DNA of 64,000 nt, from the IMG/VR virus record IMGVR_UViG_3300037313_000492, positions 1,058 to 65,057 of that record; one strand, given 5' to 3'. Shown piece by piece: positions 1-10,540 of this stretch. How positions within the stretch are numbered: the stretch's first letter is position 1; each line of letters opens with the position of its first letter. Below the pieces are notes generated by a model. That model ran no database searches, had not been told where the DNA came from, and was given only the letters and a program-made list of their open reading frames with translations. The translations under genes were made by a program, and so were the position numbers. Origin of the DNA: a virus (Duplodnaviria > Caudoviricetes).

Positions 1-24
1 AGTATATGTCATACGGAACGCGAA

Positions 25-621
25 TTGGTTATTTATGCAGTGCAATGGTCTAAATCAGCGCTACGTAAAGTTCCAACCCCGCCAGTTGATTTGGAGTTGC
101 TTAAGGCTGACCATAAGCGCATGGAGTGGATCGAAAAGGAAAAGCACTGTGTTGAATGGCTATGTGGAGACAAGCCGAACGATCCAGGATATTGCTGCGT
201 GGATATAGAATCCCAAGACTGGAACCGTTACAAATTCCCAACGGCACGTGAGGCCATAGACGACAGAATAAGGAGAGAGGAGGTGAAACCATGCGCGACG
301 AACAGATTAACAAGTTCACCTGCGGAACCGTTATACAGTGCGGAATCCACAGCCACGAAGACCGTAGCAAGTGAGTCCGCGCCAACGTCCAACCCGGAGG
401 CGCGGGAGGACCTGTGGGATAAGGACATGCCAATCACAGAAGGGGAGTGGTGGATAATTAGCTCAGAAACCGATTACGAACCCGAGTGCGTGACCATAAG
501 ACGTAATGACGGGGCACTGTGGGTTGATAGTGAAATAGGAAGCTACCCGTTGGAAACATTCCACGCTAACCTGATTGATATTCATTGGCGTCCTAAAAGG
601 AAACAAGCTCACCAGGGTTAA
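25..621 (+). CDS. hypothetical phage protein
   Basis: 198-aa ORF in the + strand early-gene run; no recognisable motif; start uncertain. Confidence 0.55.
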   Translation: MVIYAVQWSKSALRKVPTPPVDLELLKADHKRMEWIEKEKHCVEWLCGDKPNDPGYCCVDIESQDWNRYKFPTAREAIDDRIRREEVKPCATNRLTSSPAEPLYSAESTATKTVASESAPTSNPEAREDLWDKDMPITEGEWWIISSETDYEPECVTIRRNDGALWVDSEIGSYPLETFHANLIDIHWRPKRKQAHQG

Positions 622-677
622 ATAATGAGAACTCAGGAACTTACATCAGAAAAACCCACTAAAGCTCACCACTAGCC

Positions 678-1154
678 ATGACCCCACTAACACCAGAAAG
701 AATAGTGCAACTTAAAGAGTTGCTTGAGAACGCCGATCATTACGGACCTACGGCGGATATTGTTGACGCCGGGCTTGTAGCTATCGAAGAAATCACCCGC
801 CTACAGCAGCGCGAAGCCGAGCTTGTGAAGCGTAATGGAGAACTGGCCCGCGAAACAATGCGCTGGTCTGACGCCGAGAAGAAAACGAAGCTGCAACATG
901 AAGATCGTGAGCGGGAATTACTGGCCAAGATCAAAGAGCTAGAAGCAGGCGCTCCCATCTCCACGCCGGACCATGTTGTTGACGCCAACAAAATGGTGGG
1001 TGATGTCTCCACGCATCCAGACACGGAGTTGCTGAAATGGTTGTTTCAAATGGTTAGTGGTTATGAGTTGAGAAGACTGGGCATAACCTACAGCGACCAC
1101 AGTGACATTGAGGAAATACGCGCAGCCATAGACAACGCTAGGAGCACGAAATGA
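678..1154 (+). CDS. hypothetical phage protein with coiled coil
   Basis: 158-aa ORF; stop overlaps the next start (ATGA), typical of phage operons. Confidence 0.6.
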   Translation: MTPLTPERIVQLKELLENADHYGPTADIVDAGLVAIEEITRLQQREAELVKRNGELARETMRWSDAEKKTKLQHEDRERELLAKIKELEAGAPISTPDHVVDANKMVGDVSTHPDTELLKWLFQMVSGYELRRLGITYSDHSDIEEIRAAIDNARSTK

Positions 1155-2379
1155 TATTCTTGAAGAACAAAACCGAGTGGAAGCGTGTAATGATAGAACG
1201 CCACGAACTAGGGAGTCATGCGCCTCCTGAAAAGTTCCCTTGCTTCCTGTACTGGACGGTACACTCGTTCGCCTACGAGGAAGAAAATGCGATGTACCTA
1301 TACCAGGAGAATATCGAAGAAATGGGAAAGCAATTCAACGCTAGGAGCAAATCGTGAGCGAGGAAAGCGACCTAAAGGAATTCGGCTACGAACCGGGCGA
1401 CTGCCGCAAGAAATGCGAAGAGTGCAAGGAATCGTTTAAAGGTTCCAGTGATTCATTTCTGTGCGAGGATTGCGCCAGCGCTCTTTGGCAAGATGACGAA
1501 GACGCCAAGTACGATATGGAACTCGCAGAAGCCATTCAGCGCATTGCAGTAGCCGCAGGAATAGAAGCAGCGCGACCAAAAGAAGTGGCCGACATCGTAT
1601 GCAAGAAGCTGAAGGGAGAAGCATGAGCGAGTCTAAGTCACTGATTGACGAGTTATGCGAGGCGATAAAGGAAAGCGGCGCTCGCGTGGTGTTCTGGGTA
1701 TGCCCTAAAGGATGCAACGGGCGCGTAACTTGGAACCACTCAAAACCGAAAAGCGTAGCGACCTGTCAGGTTTGTGGATGCACCAGTGAAGACGCGAAGG
1801 AGACCCCATGAGCTACCCATTTTCAAGCGATAGGAAAATCAATCGAACAAGGAAGCCTCACCGGTGCATTTGGTGTAGCCAGATTATCGAAGCTGGTTCT
1901 GCTGCATTCTATTACGCCGGAGTTTGGGAGGGTGATTTCTGCTGCGGACACTTCCACCCTGAATGCAACAAAGCAGCATCGGCTGTGTGTGAAAAAGAAG
2001 GATTCTGGGAAGCCAGCGGAGATTACGCCAGGGGAAGAACTGACGACGACACAACTCAACCACCGCAGTTTGAGCCATGAGCCACGTAGAGACGCTTGAG
2101 AGATTAAAGAAGGAATACGAGAAGCTGAACACCAATTACGAATGGTTTTCGTCTGAGGAGATAGAATCCATCACCGCCGCGATAGAGGCGCTGAAGCTGA
2201 TTGATGGCGCAAGGCACACGTATCTCGTCAAGGCGCTCCAGAGCGAGCAACTGGACTGGCTGGAGCAGTGCGTGCCAGTGGAGCGCAAGGAAATCGCCGA
2301 GCAGATCCGAGACAGAGTAGCAACGGAGTTCCGGCACGCCAAGGTGTTCGAGCGGTTGACGATTGATATTGAGCTGTAA
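1151..2379 (+). CDS. run of five small coupled hypothetical genes (1151-1357, 1354-1626, 1623-1811, 1808-2080, 2077-2379), several with CxxC pairs
   Basis: successive 4-nt stop/start overlaps; CxxC in 1354-1626, ~1623-1811 and 1808-2080. Confidence 0.6.
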
Positions 2380-2396
2380 CGCCTACAGAAAAACAG

Positions 2397-2424
2397 TTGA
2401 CATCGCAACAGGATGCGATAAAAG
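2397..2424 (+). promoter_or_regulatory. sigma70-like promoter with palindromic operator, copy 1
   Basis: TTGACA followed by ATCGCAacaggaTGCGAT (2402-2419), just upstream of the ATG at 2431. Confidence 0.7.
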
Positions 2425-2430
2425 AGACGC

Positions 2431-2904
2431 ATGAGCATGAAATTCGATATTCCGGATAGAAACGGTAAATTTACTGGAGTGGGTGAGATGGACGGATGCG
2501 AGCTTTACATTGAGTTTTCAGAGGATGGTTCAATCCTGAAGGCGTTTGACAACAACGATCACGGACGGGTTGCTCTGACTTCGAATCAAACAGAAGCAAT
2601 CGAAGAAGAGGCAAGGGAATACCTCTCAGAACTCGCGGGTGAGGAGTCATCCAATTCTAACCCATACAGCTATCATGGTGTTAGCCGCAGCGATTTCTAA
2701 GCAAAACTTTGTATGATCTCCTACTACATTACAGCGCAGATACTAAAGTACAGCAGACCGGAAATCGTTGGTATTCAAATCGACAGGCACGAACCAATCT
2801 GCGACATCAATGACATTAAAGCCATTGAGGAGCACATTTCGGGAATCCACAATGAGGTTTGTGTTGTGCTCTCCTGGCAGCGTTTTGAGTCTCCGCAGCA
2901 CTGA
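2431..2904 (+). CDS. two small hypothetical genes (2431-2700, 2713-2904)
   Basis: ORFs directly downstream of the promoter. Confidence 0.55.
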
Positions 2905-3102
2905 TAAACCGACAGCAGAAAATATATGAAATACATCGCTATTTTGGCTTGGATGCTTCGGCGTGAATACTGGAAGGATCGTCAATCTGTTCAGGCTCAA
3001 TACCATCGCCGGGAGCAAGAGCTTGCGTATCAACGCTGGCACGGTCATTCACTCAACCGTTAACTCCATTCCTATAAACTTTCACAACAAACACAACCCA
3101 AT

Positions 3103-3501
3103 ATGTCAACACGTTCAGCAATCATCACCAAACAACCAGACGGCACTTATGCGGGAATCTACTGCCATTTCGACGGATATGTTGAAGGTGTGGGTAAAAT
3201 GCTTCTGGATCACTACCAAGATGCGGAGAAGGTATCTCAGCTTGTGGCGCTAGGAGACATCTCCACCTTAGGGCGTCGCGTTTCTCCTGTCGGGCCGCAT
3301 TCGTTCCGTTCGCCGGAAGATGGAACGACCGTTGCTTACATGCGGGACCGTGGAGAAACAGGATGCCCCGCTAAAACCGGTGCTACAGTCAATGAAGTGG
3401 CATCAAGCATCGGGCACGTTTACGTTTTTGAAGATGGAGCGTGGACGCACAACGGTTATCCGCTTTCTGACGAATTGAAGGAAGCCGAATCCAACGCTTA
3501 A
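3103..3501 (+). CDS. conserved phage hypothetical protein
   Basis: N-terminal STRS-x-I...IYCH-x-DGY-x2-GVG-x2-L-x2-HY pattern that I recognise from many phage early proteins. Confidence 0.7.
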   Translation: MSTRSAIITKQPDGTYAGIYCHFDGYVEGVGKMLLDHYQDAEKVSQLVALGDISTLGRRVSPVGPHSFRSPEDGTTVAYMRDRGETGCPAKTGATVNEVASSIGHVYVFEDGAWTHNGYPLSDELKEAESNA

Positions 3502-3552
3502 CCCCTCTAACCCTGCATCGTTCTGCGGTGCAGCATAGAGCGGTTAAACTTT

Positions 3553-4330
3553 ATGAAACGCACAATTATACCTCCACGAAAAGGCTGGGAACCTTTTACG
3601 TGGTACTCTGTTGAGATTTCACTCCATGACAACAACCCTATTTTCCTAGGCGTTCTTTTCACTGGTCATTTGACTGACGCCGCTAACCCGTTTGGGTTGC
3701 ACAACGTTTTAACGGCTCCTTACTGTGATTCGGACAAACTATCCAAGCGAAACATCCGATTCCTTCGGGGTGTGAAGAAACTCATGTCAGAACGTGAGGC
3801 TAATGATTCATCTAAATTTAAGGGGAGGAATCCCCGAGAAGCAGAAGACGCTGCTTTTGGTCCATCTCATCCCAGCATACCCGAGGGCTGCTAGCCGCTT
3901 TCCTGGTTGTGCGATAACAATCAGGGCTGATTTTATGGACTACTCCCAATACGAAAACAAACTACCTTATCCGGATCGCGCTACTGTGATCCGTAGTCAC
4001 TTTGCTGATTCCATCCAGAAACTTGATGAGATGCCTCTGACTAAGGCTCAACGGCAAGCCCTTCTCGATTCCTTGGAGGTCGATATTAAGAACAAGTGGA
4101 AAGAGGTAAGAAACGCCTACTTCACAGAAGAGAAACGGTTAGACGATCTCTTCAAGCAGGACGCGATAAAGGAAGCTGAACTTGATTTTCTCACTGGCGA
4201 CGCGCGTAACGCCGTTTACTCTTACGCTTGGCAGCAAGGTCATTCCTCAGGAATTTCCGAAGTGCTGAATTACCTGCTCGATATGGAGCCGATGATCTCA
4301 GCCGTTTGGAAAGCGGCAAAGAAGTCCTAG
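3553..4330 (+). CDS. two hypothetical genes (3553-3894; ~3938-4330)
   Basis: ORFs in the track; the second likely starts at the ATG near 3937 (MDYSQYENK). Confidence 0.55.
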
Positions 4331-4341
4331 AGCACTTTTAT

Positions 4342-4464
4342 GCCGCCTACGCATGGTGAGTTCGATTCTCATCCGGTCCACTTCAGGGCCGCTGGAAGGT
4401 TCCAGTAACAGCGCACGGTGAACGGGAGGCATCCCGATCGGGTTCGACTCCCGCAGGCGGCTCA
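4342..4464 (+). ncRNA. tRNA-like structured RNA with two T-loop arms
   Basis: 7-bp closing stem GCCGCCT(4342-48)/AGGCGGC(4455-61); T-arm CGGG-TTCGACT-CCCG just before it; second T-arm GTGAG-TTCGATT-CTCAT at 4356-72; no canonical cloverleaf. Confidence 0.5.
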
Positions 4465-4564
4465 ACTTTCAATTACCTGCACCTTTCGGCTGGATTACAC
4501 CCGGCGCGAATGGTCCGACGCGCAGGCTAAAAGCTAATCCGTTCCGCTCTTTAATTTAGTCAAT

Positions 4565-4596
4565 GGCCGCATCGTAACTGGTGCGGCCTTTTATTT
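4565..4596 (+). terminator. Rho-independent terminator
   Basis: GGCCGCATC/GGTGCGGCC hairpin followed by TTTTATTT. Confidence 0.7.
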
Positions 4597-4649
4597 GCAT
4601 GGATGCAATTACCTCTTGAAATATAGGGGAAAATGGGGATTATCGCCTC

Positions 4650-5246
4650 ATGTCCTCGCGAGTAAAAGAATCAGTGATTCCCCCAGGAGGCTGGCATTTC
4701 TTGCAAGCTCGCAAGGACTCGGAGCCGCTGAGGATCGAAGCGGATAGCTTGCTGCAACTCAAAGAAGCCGTGATTCGTTACCGGCTTCAGCTATCCATCG
4801 ACGTTGGCGACGTGGACAGGGAGGTTGAAGACTACATTTGCGGACTGACTCCTTCTCAATGCTATCGCATAGGCGTAAATCCAGAGCCACCAAAGGGGAA
4901 TAAACCCGGGTTCATTCCGTTGATTCAGCGCATCATGGCTTGGCGTGAGCAGGTGAATCTGAAGCAGAACCGGTTCTACACCAATCCGCCAGAAGCACAA
5001 CGCCGCGCTCAAATCTGCATTTCCTGCCCTCATAACGTGCATTGGCACACCTCATGCCAGCCGTGCAACTCTGACGCCGATACGAAGCTCTTTTTGCTCA
5101 GGGGTGGACGCCAGACGGGATTTGATGGCGACTTACACGGGTGCCGCGTGGTTGGACAGTGCAATCGTTCCGCCGTCTGGATGGATAACTCCACGCTCAT
5201 CAAAGACAACGCCGACCAAACTCCAGAGCGTTGCTGGCTTCGCTGA
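4650..5246 (+). CDS. Cys-rich hypothetical protein preceding the portal
   Basis: 198 aa, PPGGW motif, several CxxC/CxC motifs; first gene of the head operon. Confidence 0.65.
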   Translation: MSSRVKESVIPPGGWHFLQARKDSEPLRIEADSLLQLKEAVIRYRLQLSIDVGDVDREVEDYICGLTPSQCYRIGVNPEPPKGNKPGFIPLIQRIMAWREQVNLKQNRFYTNPPEAQRRAQICISCPHNVHWHTSCQPCNSDADTKLFLLRGGRQTGFDGDLHGCRVVGQCNRSAVWMDNSTLIKDNADQTPERCWLR

Positions 5247-5249
5247 TTT

Positions 5250-7580
5250 ATGAAAACACTTTTGATCTTCACGGCGGTTATCTTTGTTCGAACGTATGGG
5301 GATGGCTCCGAAACGGACAACAAAGAGCAGACCGGGGTAAACAATCCGGATATTGACCCCAAAACCATGCAGCCCCAGCGCAGGGCGATCACGGACGAAA
5401 AGCAAGCATGGGAGATCGCATCAACGCTGGAAAAGGCAAACAAGACACGAAACAACCTCAACGCCGAAATCTACTCAGCGTACAACGGAAAGCTGCCATT
5501 TGACCGGCAACGACTGATCGACGCAAATCAGGGCTGGCGAAACAACTTCCCCACTCGGTTCATGGCGTCCATCGTGGATCGGGTGGCTCCAGAACTCGAG
5601 GACGCAATCCATTCTGCGCCATTTCTGACAAGCTCCAGATTACCGGATATGATTCCCGGAGCGAAGGATAAGACAGACGCTTTTCGACAGGAGACAACCA
5701 GCTTACTTAAACGCTGGCATAAGTTCCGCGACTTCGTTTCTCTTTTGACTAAGGAGAACATGCTTATCGGGTACGCTTCCATAGGATGGCTGGATGACGA
5801 TTGGAGGCCATCGTTTTTTCGTGGGGACGAAGTCTTTTTTCCGGATGGATCAGGGCAGACGTCGCACAGCGTGCCGGTTGTCGCGTTCAAGAAGTCGTTT
5901 TTGGTTCATGAGTTTTACGATCTAATTAAAGATCGCGAAGCGGCTGAGTCAGCAGGTTACAACATCGAAAACTGCGTAGTCGCCATCAACAACGCGTCGA
6001 ACACGGATACCTTCTACAACGCCAGCATGGAAAAGGCTCGCGTTTACGAGGACATGGCGCGCGAGGTGAACTATGGGCTGACATACAAGAACCGCGCCAA
6101 GACGGTAAACGTCTACATTGTTGTAGCCCAAGAGTTCAACGGGAAATGCTCGCTTTGGATGGTATTGCAAGACAGTGAAGACGGCAAACTTCTCCGTCGC
6201 GTAGAGGACAACTGGGACTCCATGCAAGAAGTGATTTGCATGTTTACGATTCAGACCGGGAACGGGAAATACTATGGATCGCTCGGTATGGGCCGCAGTC
6301 TGGTAAACATCCACACTGCCCTTGAACGTGGCCGAAACCTTGCTGGGGATCAGATGTATCTCTCTGGGCTGGTTCTCTTGAAAGTGGCAGGGAAAGACCT
6401 CAACAGCGTTCAATTCCGCGTAATGCACCCGTTTGTTGTAATCGGAGCCGAGAGCGCAGACTTTGCCCAAACAGGTATCCAGTTTAATCACGAGGCGTTC
6501 GTCGCCCTTGATGCTGCGATGCAAAACTGGGCCGAGCAGATTAGCGGTGCGTACATACCCCGCGCAGGCTCCCAGGATGGCAGTAATGACCGCACAGCCA
6601 CGGAGGCGAGTATTGACGCCAGCCGAGAACAGCAGGTCAAACAGGGCATGATGGATCGCTGGTGGACGCAATTCGGAGCGATGATCAGCGTTGTTCAGCA
6701 GAAGGTCTATTCGGTGGAGAACATTGCGGAAGCCAAGCGGCTCTATGCTCAGTACCAAGCGCAACAGCAGATCGAGAACGGCGGGTTCCCGGGGGCTATC
6801 ACCTTCCTGAAGGTCAAGGCATTCGAGTTCCTTCGTGCTGTCGGGGATTTCATCGGCATCTTCCCAACTCCGGAAACCGGCATCGCTGATGCCGAGGCAG
6901 TACAAGCAATTATGCGACTCTTCGACAAGGGGCTGAACGAGAAAGAAATCCTCGTTCTCGCCAACTCGCCAGCCGCAGAGGTCACGCTCGACCAGACCGC
7001 TACCCGTAACCAGATGACGGTTCAGTATCTCCAGAGCCAACAGCAGAACCCATTCATTGACCAGCGCAAGTCTACGGAGATTTGCACATCTCTGGCGCTA
7101 GGACAGGAAATGGCCGATCAGGTTCTCGTGCCCGACACCATGCAGCAGGCAAACGACAACGAAGCCGGACGCCAGCAGATTACCGAGAATATCGCATTCA
7201 TGGCCGGTCACGCCATGCCCGTAAGCCCACGGGACAAGCACGAGGTGCACCAGAAGGTAATCGAGGATCAGACAACGCCGGTCATTGCAAACCTGCAACC
7301 CGACACAGCAACGCCTGAATTGCTGAACGCCCTCAAGTTGGCCGTGGACCATCACTCAGCCCACACCCAAAGCCGACAAATCGCAGGCGAGCACAAGCAA
7401 AACCTCAAAGACAAGATCGAATGGGCTCAACAGGCGGGACAGAAGATCAACCAGACTGAAGCAGCCATGATGCAGCTTGCAGCCTCGCAAGGACTACCCG
7501 CCGCAAGTAATGCGCCCGCTCCATTGATTCAAGGACCGGTTGCGCCAGTGCAAGCTACGGGACCGGGAGGAACTTTGTGA
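5250..7580 (+). CDS. putative portal (head-tail connector) protein
   Basis: 776 aa, mostly helical, first large gene of the structural region, Gln/Ala/Pro-rich C-terminal tail; call rests mainly on size and synteny. Confidence 0.65.
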   Translation: MKTLLIFTAVIFVRTYGDGSETDNKEQTGVNNPDIDPKTMQPQRRAITDEKQAWEIASTLEKANKTRNNLNAEIYSAYNGKLPFDRQRLIDANQGWRNNFPTRFMASIVDRVAPELEDAIHSAPFLTSSRLPDMIPGAKDKTDAFRQETTSLLKRWHKFRDFVSLLTKENMLIGYASIGWLDDDWRPSFFRGDEVFFPDGSGQTSHSVPVVAFKKSFLVHEFYDLIKDREAAESAGYNIENCVVAINNASNTDTFYNASMEKARVYEDMAREVNYGLTYKNRAKTVNVYIVVAQEFNGKCSLWMVLQDSEDGKLLRRVEDNWDSMQEVICMFTIQTGNGKYYGSLGMGRSLVNIHTALERGRNLAGDQMYLSGLVLLKVAGKDLNSVQFRVMHPFVVIGAESADFAQTGIQFNHEAFVALDAAMQNWAEQISGAYIPRAGSQDGSNDRTATEASIDASREQQVKQGMMDRWWTQFGAMISVVQQKVYSVENIAEAKRLYAQYQAQQQIENGGFPGAITFLKVKAFEFLRAVGDFIGIFPTPETGIADAEAVQAIMRLFDKGLNEKEILVLANSPAAEVTLDQTATRNQMTVQYLQSQQQNPFIDQRKSTEICTSLALGQEMADQVLVPDTMQQANDNEAGRQQITENIAFMAGHAMPVSPRDKHEVHQKVIEDQTTPVIANLQPDTATPELLNALKLAVDHHSAHTQSRQIAGEHKQNLKDKIEWAQQAGQKINQTEAAMMQLAASQGLPAASNAPAPLIQGPVAPVQATGPGGTL

Positions 7581-7816
7581 ATCAGCAATTCGAGAGTGTT
7601 TATCAGGCTTATTCAAGGGAATGCGCGAGGCAGATAGAGTTAGCTTTAGTAACCCGAATTGAGGAAATCGAAGGCAGGGTTCCGTCAAATGAAGAAATCG
7701 CCAAGTACGGAATCAAGCAATACGAAACCAGATCAGGAAAGGTGGAATACCACTGGAAGGGAATCCCAATTGTAAGAGCAGAAGGTTTTCCAATGAAAAT
7801 CACTAAGCTCTACTGA
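7577..7816 (+). CDS. hypothetical protein
   Basis: 79-aa ORF coupled to the portal stop. Confidence 0.55.
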   Translation: MNQQFESVYQAYSRECARQIELALVTRIEEIEGRVPSNEEIAKYGIKQYETRSGKVEYHWKGIPIVRAEGFPMKITKLY

Positions 7817-7994
7817 TTTATGCGTGGCATAGAAGCACAAACAAAAGCCGAACAGCATCTCAAAACAACCGTAACACGTCGCCTATCCAAAGGACTCTGC
7901 ATCCTCAAGACAGGCGAGAAGGAATTCAAGGGAGGGACATGGGATAAGGCCCTCAAAAACCTAGTCAGAAGCACAACGCCAAAACCGTAAATAA

Positions 7995-8363
7995 ATGAGC
8001 AAAGAAGAAAATACTGCACAAGCTGAAATGCCGCGTTACCGCTGCCACAAAGAGGTATGGGCATTGAAGATCAAAGAAATTAAACGGGTTGAACCGCCTC
8101 GATTTGAAGGATTGGTTTGCCGTGGATGCAGCACACTGGGGACCGCATGCGGCGGGTGTGAACGGTGCAAGTGGGAGAACGAGAACAAGGACAGGCAATT
8201 CCTCATTGTTCCCGCAGACGCCGGTTACGCTCAATTCCCCGTCAGCAGGGAGTACATGGTGAAACACAACCCTCAAGTTGGAGGGTACTACGTGGTCTAC
8301 AAGGGCGGATACGCGTCCTATAGTCCCGCTGATGCTTTTGAGGATGGATATTCGTTGATCTAA
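7995..8363 (+). CDS. conserved phage protein (PRYxCHKxVxALKI ... GGYYVVY-x-GGY-x-SYSP-x2-AFEDGY family)
   Basis: terminal motifs match a widespread phage family; internal CxxC...CxxC insertion. Confidence 0.7.
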   Translation: MSKEENTAQAEMPRYRCHKEVWALKIKEIKRVEPPRFEGLVCRGCSTLGTACGGCERCKWENENKDRQFLIVPADAGYAQFPVSREYMVKHNPQVGGYYVVYKGGYASYSPADAFEDGYSLI

Positions 8364-8380
8364 TTATTTGGAGATTCAAG

Positions 8381-9163
8381 ATGAACCTTAAGAATTTACT
8401 CGAATCCATTCACGAGAGCGTTGAACTGTCAACGCCAGAGGAGATCAAGCGAGCGTGTGAACTCATTATCCGTGTTCAGGACATGAACAGCGGAGAGCGT
8501 GACGTTATAAGAGCAACCCACAAGCACGGCCCGTTGGTAGACGGAGATATTCCAAGCAAATCGGCGAGGGATCAGTTGGTGAAAGACGGATTCGTAGCAA
8601 AGGTGGTTGTAAGGGGCGAAGACGGATTTAACGCCTGCACCTACCTCGGGCGCCAAGCGCATCACTTGATCGAAGCTGGAGCTTAAAACCATGAATCCAA
8701 CCCAATGGGACCAATCAGACGTGGCCGCGCTCCGCAAGTTCATTGCCGACCATCCACGATTTGAAACCAAGCTCAAAACCTACATCCCGAAGCGCCAAGG
8801 CAAAGGGCTGGAGGAGTACGCACTGAGCTCTGCATCCAGAGACGGAGCAGAGACCATCATCGAAGCCATATTCAAAACCATGACAGCGGATGTTCCCAGA
8901 GCGGAAGCAACGCCGTTTGTAGACATCGACTAATGAGCACGCAGCAACAAAGGGCCGACGCGCTGGAAGCGGCCATCAAGTTACTGAATGACGAGGCGAA
9001 CGAACTCGCTCTGATAAATCACAACCCCGAGTCCAAATTCCTGACGCATCGAGCGAAATCAGCCATTAGCAGGGAAATCACTCGGCTCAGGGATGTTTCG
9101 GGCGTGTTAGATGAAATGAGACTCGAAATCGCTCCGGCAGAACCCGACCAACCAGAAGAATAA
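8381..9163 (+). CDS. three small hypothetical genes (8381-8686, 8691-8933, 8933-9163)
   Basis: tightly packed ORFs in the track. Confidence 0.55.
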
Positions 9164-9167
9164 ACCC

Positions 9168-10517
9168 ATGCGCAAAACACTACTACGATTCATCCCGAAG
9201 GTCTTTCGCCGGACATACGCCGGAGACCTAGACCTCGATACCACAATCGACCCGAACAACCTCCCGCCAGTCGAACCACTGATGCCGGGAGAGCAAGAAG
9301 CCGACTTCTCAATGCTGGACTCCACTCCACCGGAGCCGGAGAAGAAACCAGAAGAGCAAATCCCGCCAATTGATCCGGAGCCAAAGACGGAGCCCGATCC
9401 TAAAGCGCCCGTGGACGCTCCCAAGGATACAGCACCACCGGTAGAACCCAAAGCTCCAGAACCGCCAAAGGCAGAGACAAAGCCCGAGGACGAGGAAGAC
9501 GAAGACCTACGGCAGATTCAACCGAAGCGCAACGCACACCCCGACATCCAAAACGGGATCAAGGCGCTCAAGGGCATCGTTAAGACCGAGCGAAGGGAAA
9601 AGGTTCAGCTAAAACAGGAACTCGAACAGCTTCGCCAGCAGTCCGCAACGGTTAAACCGCTTGACGAGCAGACGCAAAAGGAACTGGAAGAACTCCGGAC
9701 GTTCCGCAGGCTCAAAGACATCGAAAAAGACCCCGAATTCACATCGCGATTTGACGGGGTAATAAAAAGCGAATCAGAGGCGTTGGTAAATAAGCTTCGC
9801 TCAATGAAGCTGCCAGAGGATGACTGCGCGAAGATTCTGGCAGAAGGGCCATTGAATTCCAAGCACAATGAGCGGTGGTGGGCAGAAAATGTCATTAAAC
9901 CGATCAAGGCGGCAGGGCTTGAATTAACAGCCGACGAGATAAAATCACAAGTCCGTAAGATTCAATCACTTACGACCGAAAGACAAACCGCAATAAAGCA
10001 GGCTGCAGAAGACTTCCAGGGGTACGAAGCCAAACAGAACGAGCGGATCACCGCCTATTGGCAGAACTGGAGCAAGGAAGCCGAAGACGAAGGGAAGAAG
10101 ATTCAAGCCGAATTGGGCGACTGGGCCAAACCCAAGGAAATTCCGGCAAATGCTTCGGCGGAGCAGAAAAAGGCCATCGAGGAGCACAACGCCGCTTTTG
10201 ATAAACACAAAACCGCTGTGCAAGAGGCAGTTACAAAGATTAACTCAGTGGACCCGCGAACCATCACCCGGGCCGCAGTCGCAATGGTGGCTCTTGAGCG
10301 GTACAAACAAGACGCAGCAGCAGCCGAGGCTAAAGCCCAAAAGGCAATCCAAGAGGCTGAACAGCTAAGGACCGAACTCGGCAAGATCAAAGCAGCCGGG
10401 AGAGTGTCCAGCAAGGAAGCCGCTCCGGTAACGCCAGCCAAGAACCAAGAGCCAAGCCTCAAGGAGTTAGGCCGGATGTCAGCAGAAGATGCGTTCGATC
10501 AGTTTCAGAGAGGGTAA
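9168..10517 (+). CDS. putative capsid scaffolding protein
   Basis: Pro/Glu-rich acidic N-terminus, long coiled coils, short C-terminal helix (AEDAFDQF), located between portal and capsid genes. Confidence 0.6.
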   Translation: MRKTLLRFIPKVFRRTYAGDLDLDTTIDPNNLPPVEPLMPGEQEADFSMLDSTPPEPEKKPEEQIPPIDPEPKTEPDPKAPVDAPKDTAPPVEPKAPEPPKAETKPEDEEDEDLRQIQPKRNAHPDIQNGIKALKGIVKTERREKVQLKQELEQLRQQSATVKPLDEQTQKELEELRTFRRLKDIEKDPEFTSRFDGVIKSESEALVNKLRSMKLPEDDCAKILAEGPLNSKHNERWWAENVIKPIKAAGLELTADEIKSQVRKIQSLTTERQTAIKQAAEDFQGYEAKQNERITAYWQNWSKEAEDEGKKIQAELGDWAKPKEIPANASAEQKKAIEEHNAAFDKHKTAVQEAVTKINSVDPRTITRAAVAMVALERYKQDAAAAEAKAQKAIQEAEQLRTELGKIKAAGRVSSKEAAPVTPAKNQEPSLKELGRMSAEDAFDQFQRG

Positions 10518-10540
10518 GGCCAACAGAGTAAAACCGTAAA

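Noticed and set aside
4342-4464. Canonical or intron-containing tRNA, tRNA-Sec or tmRNA
   Set aside because: No D-arm or anticodon arm could be placed, it is too short for tmRNA, and there is no tag ORF.
5949-7040. 363-aa reverse-strand ORF inside the portal, and similar antisense ORFs genome-wide
   Set aside because: Antisense shadows expected from codon bias at this GC content; no motifs.
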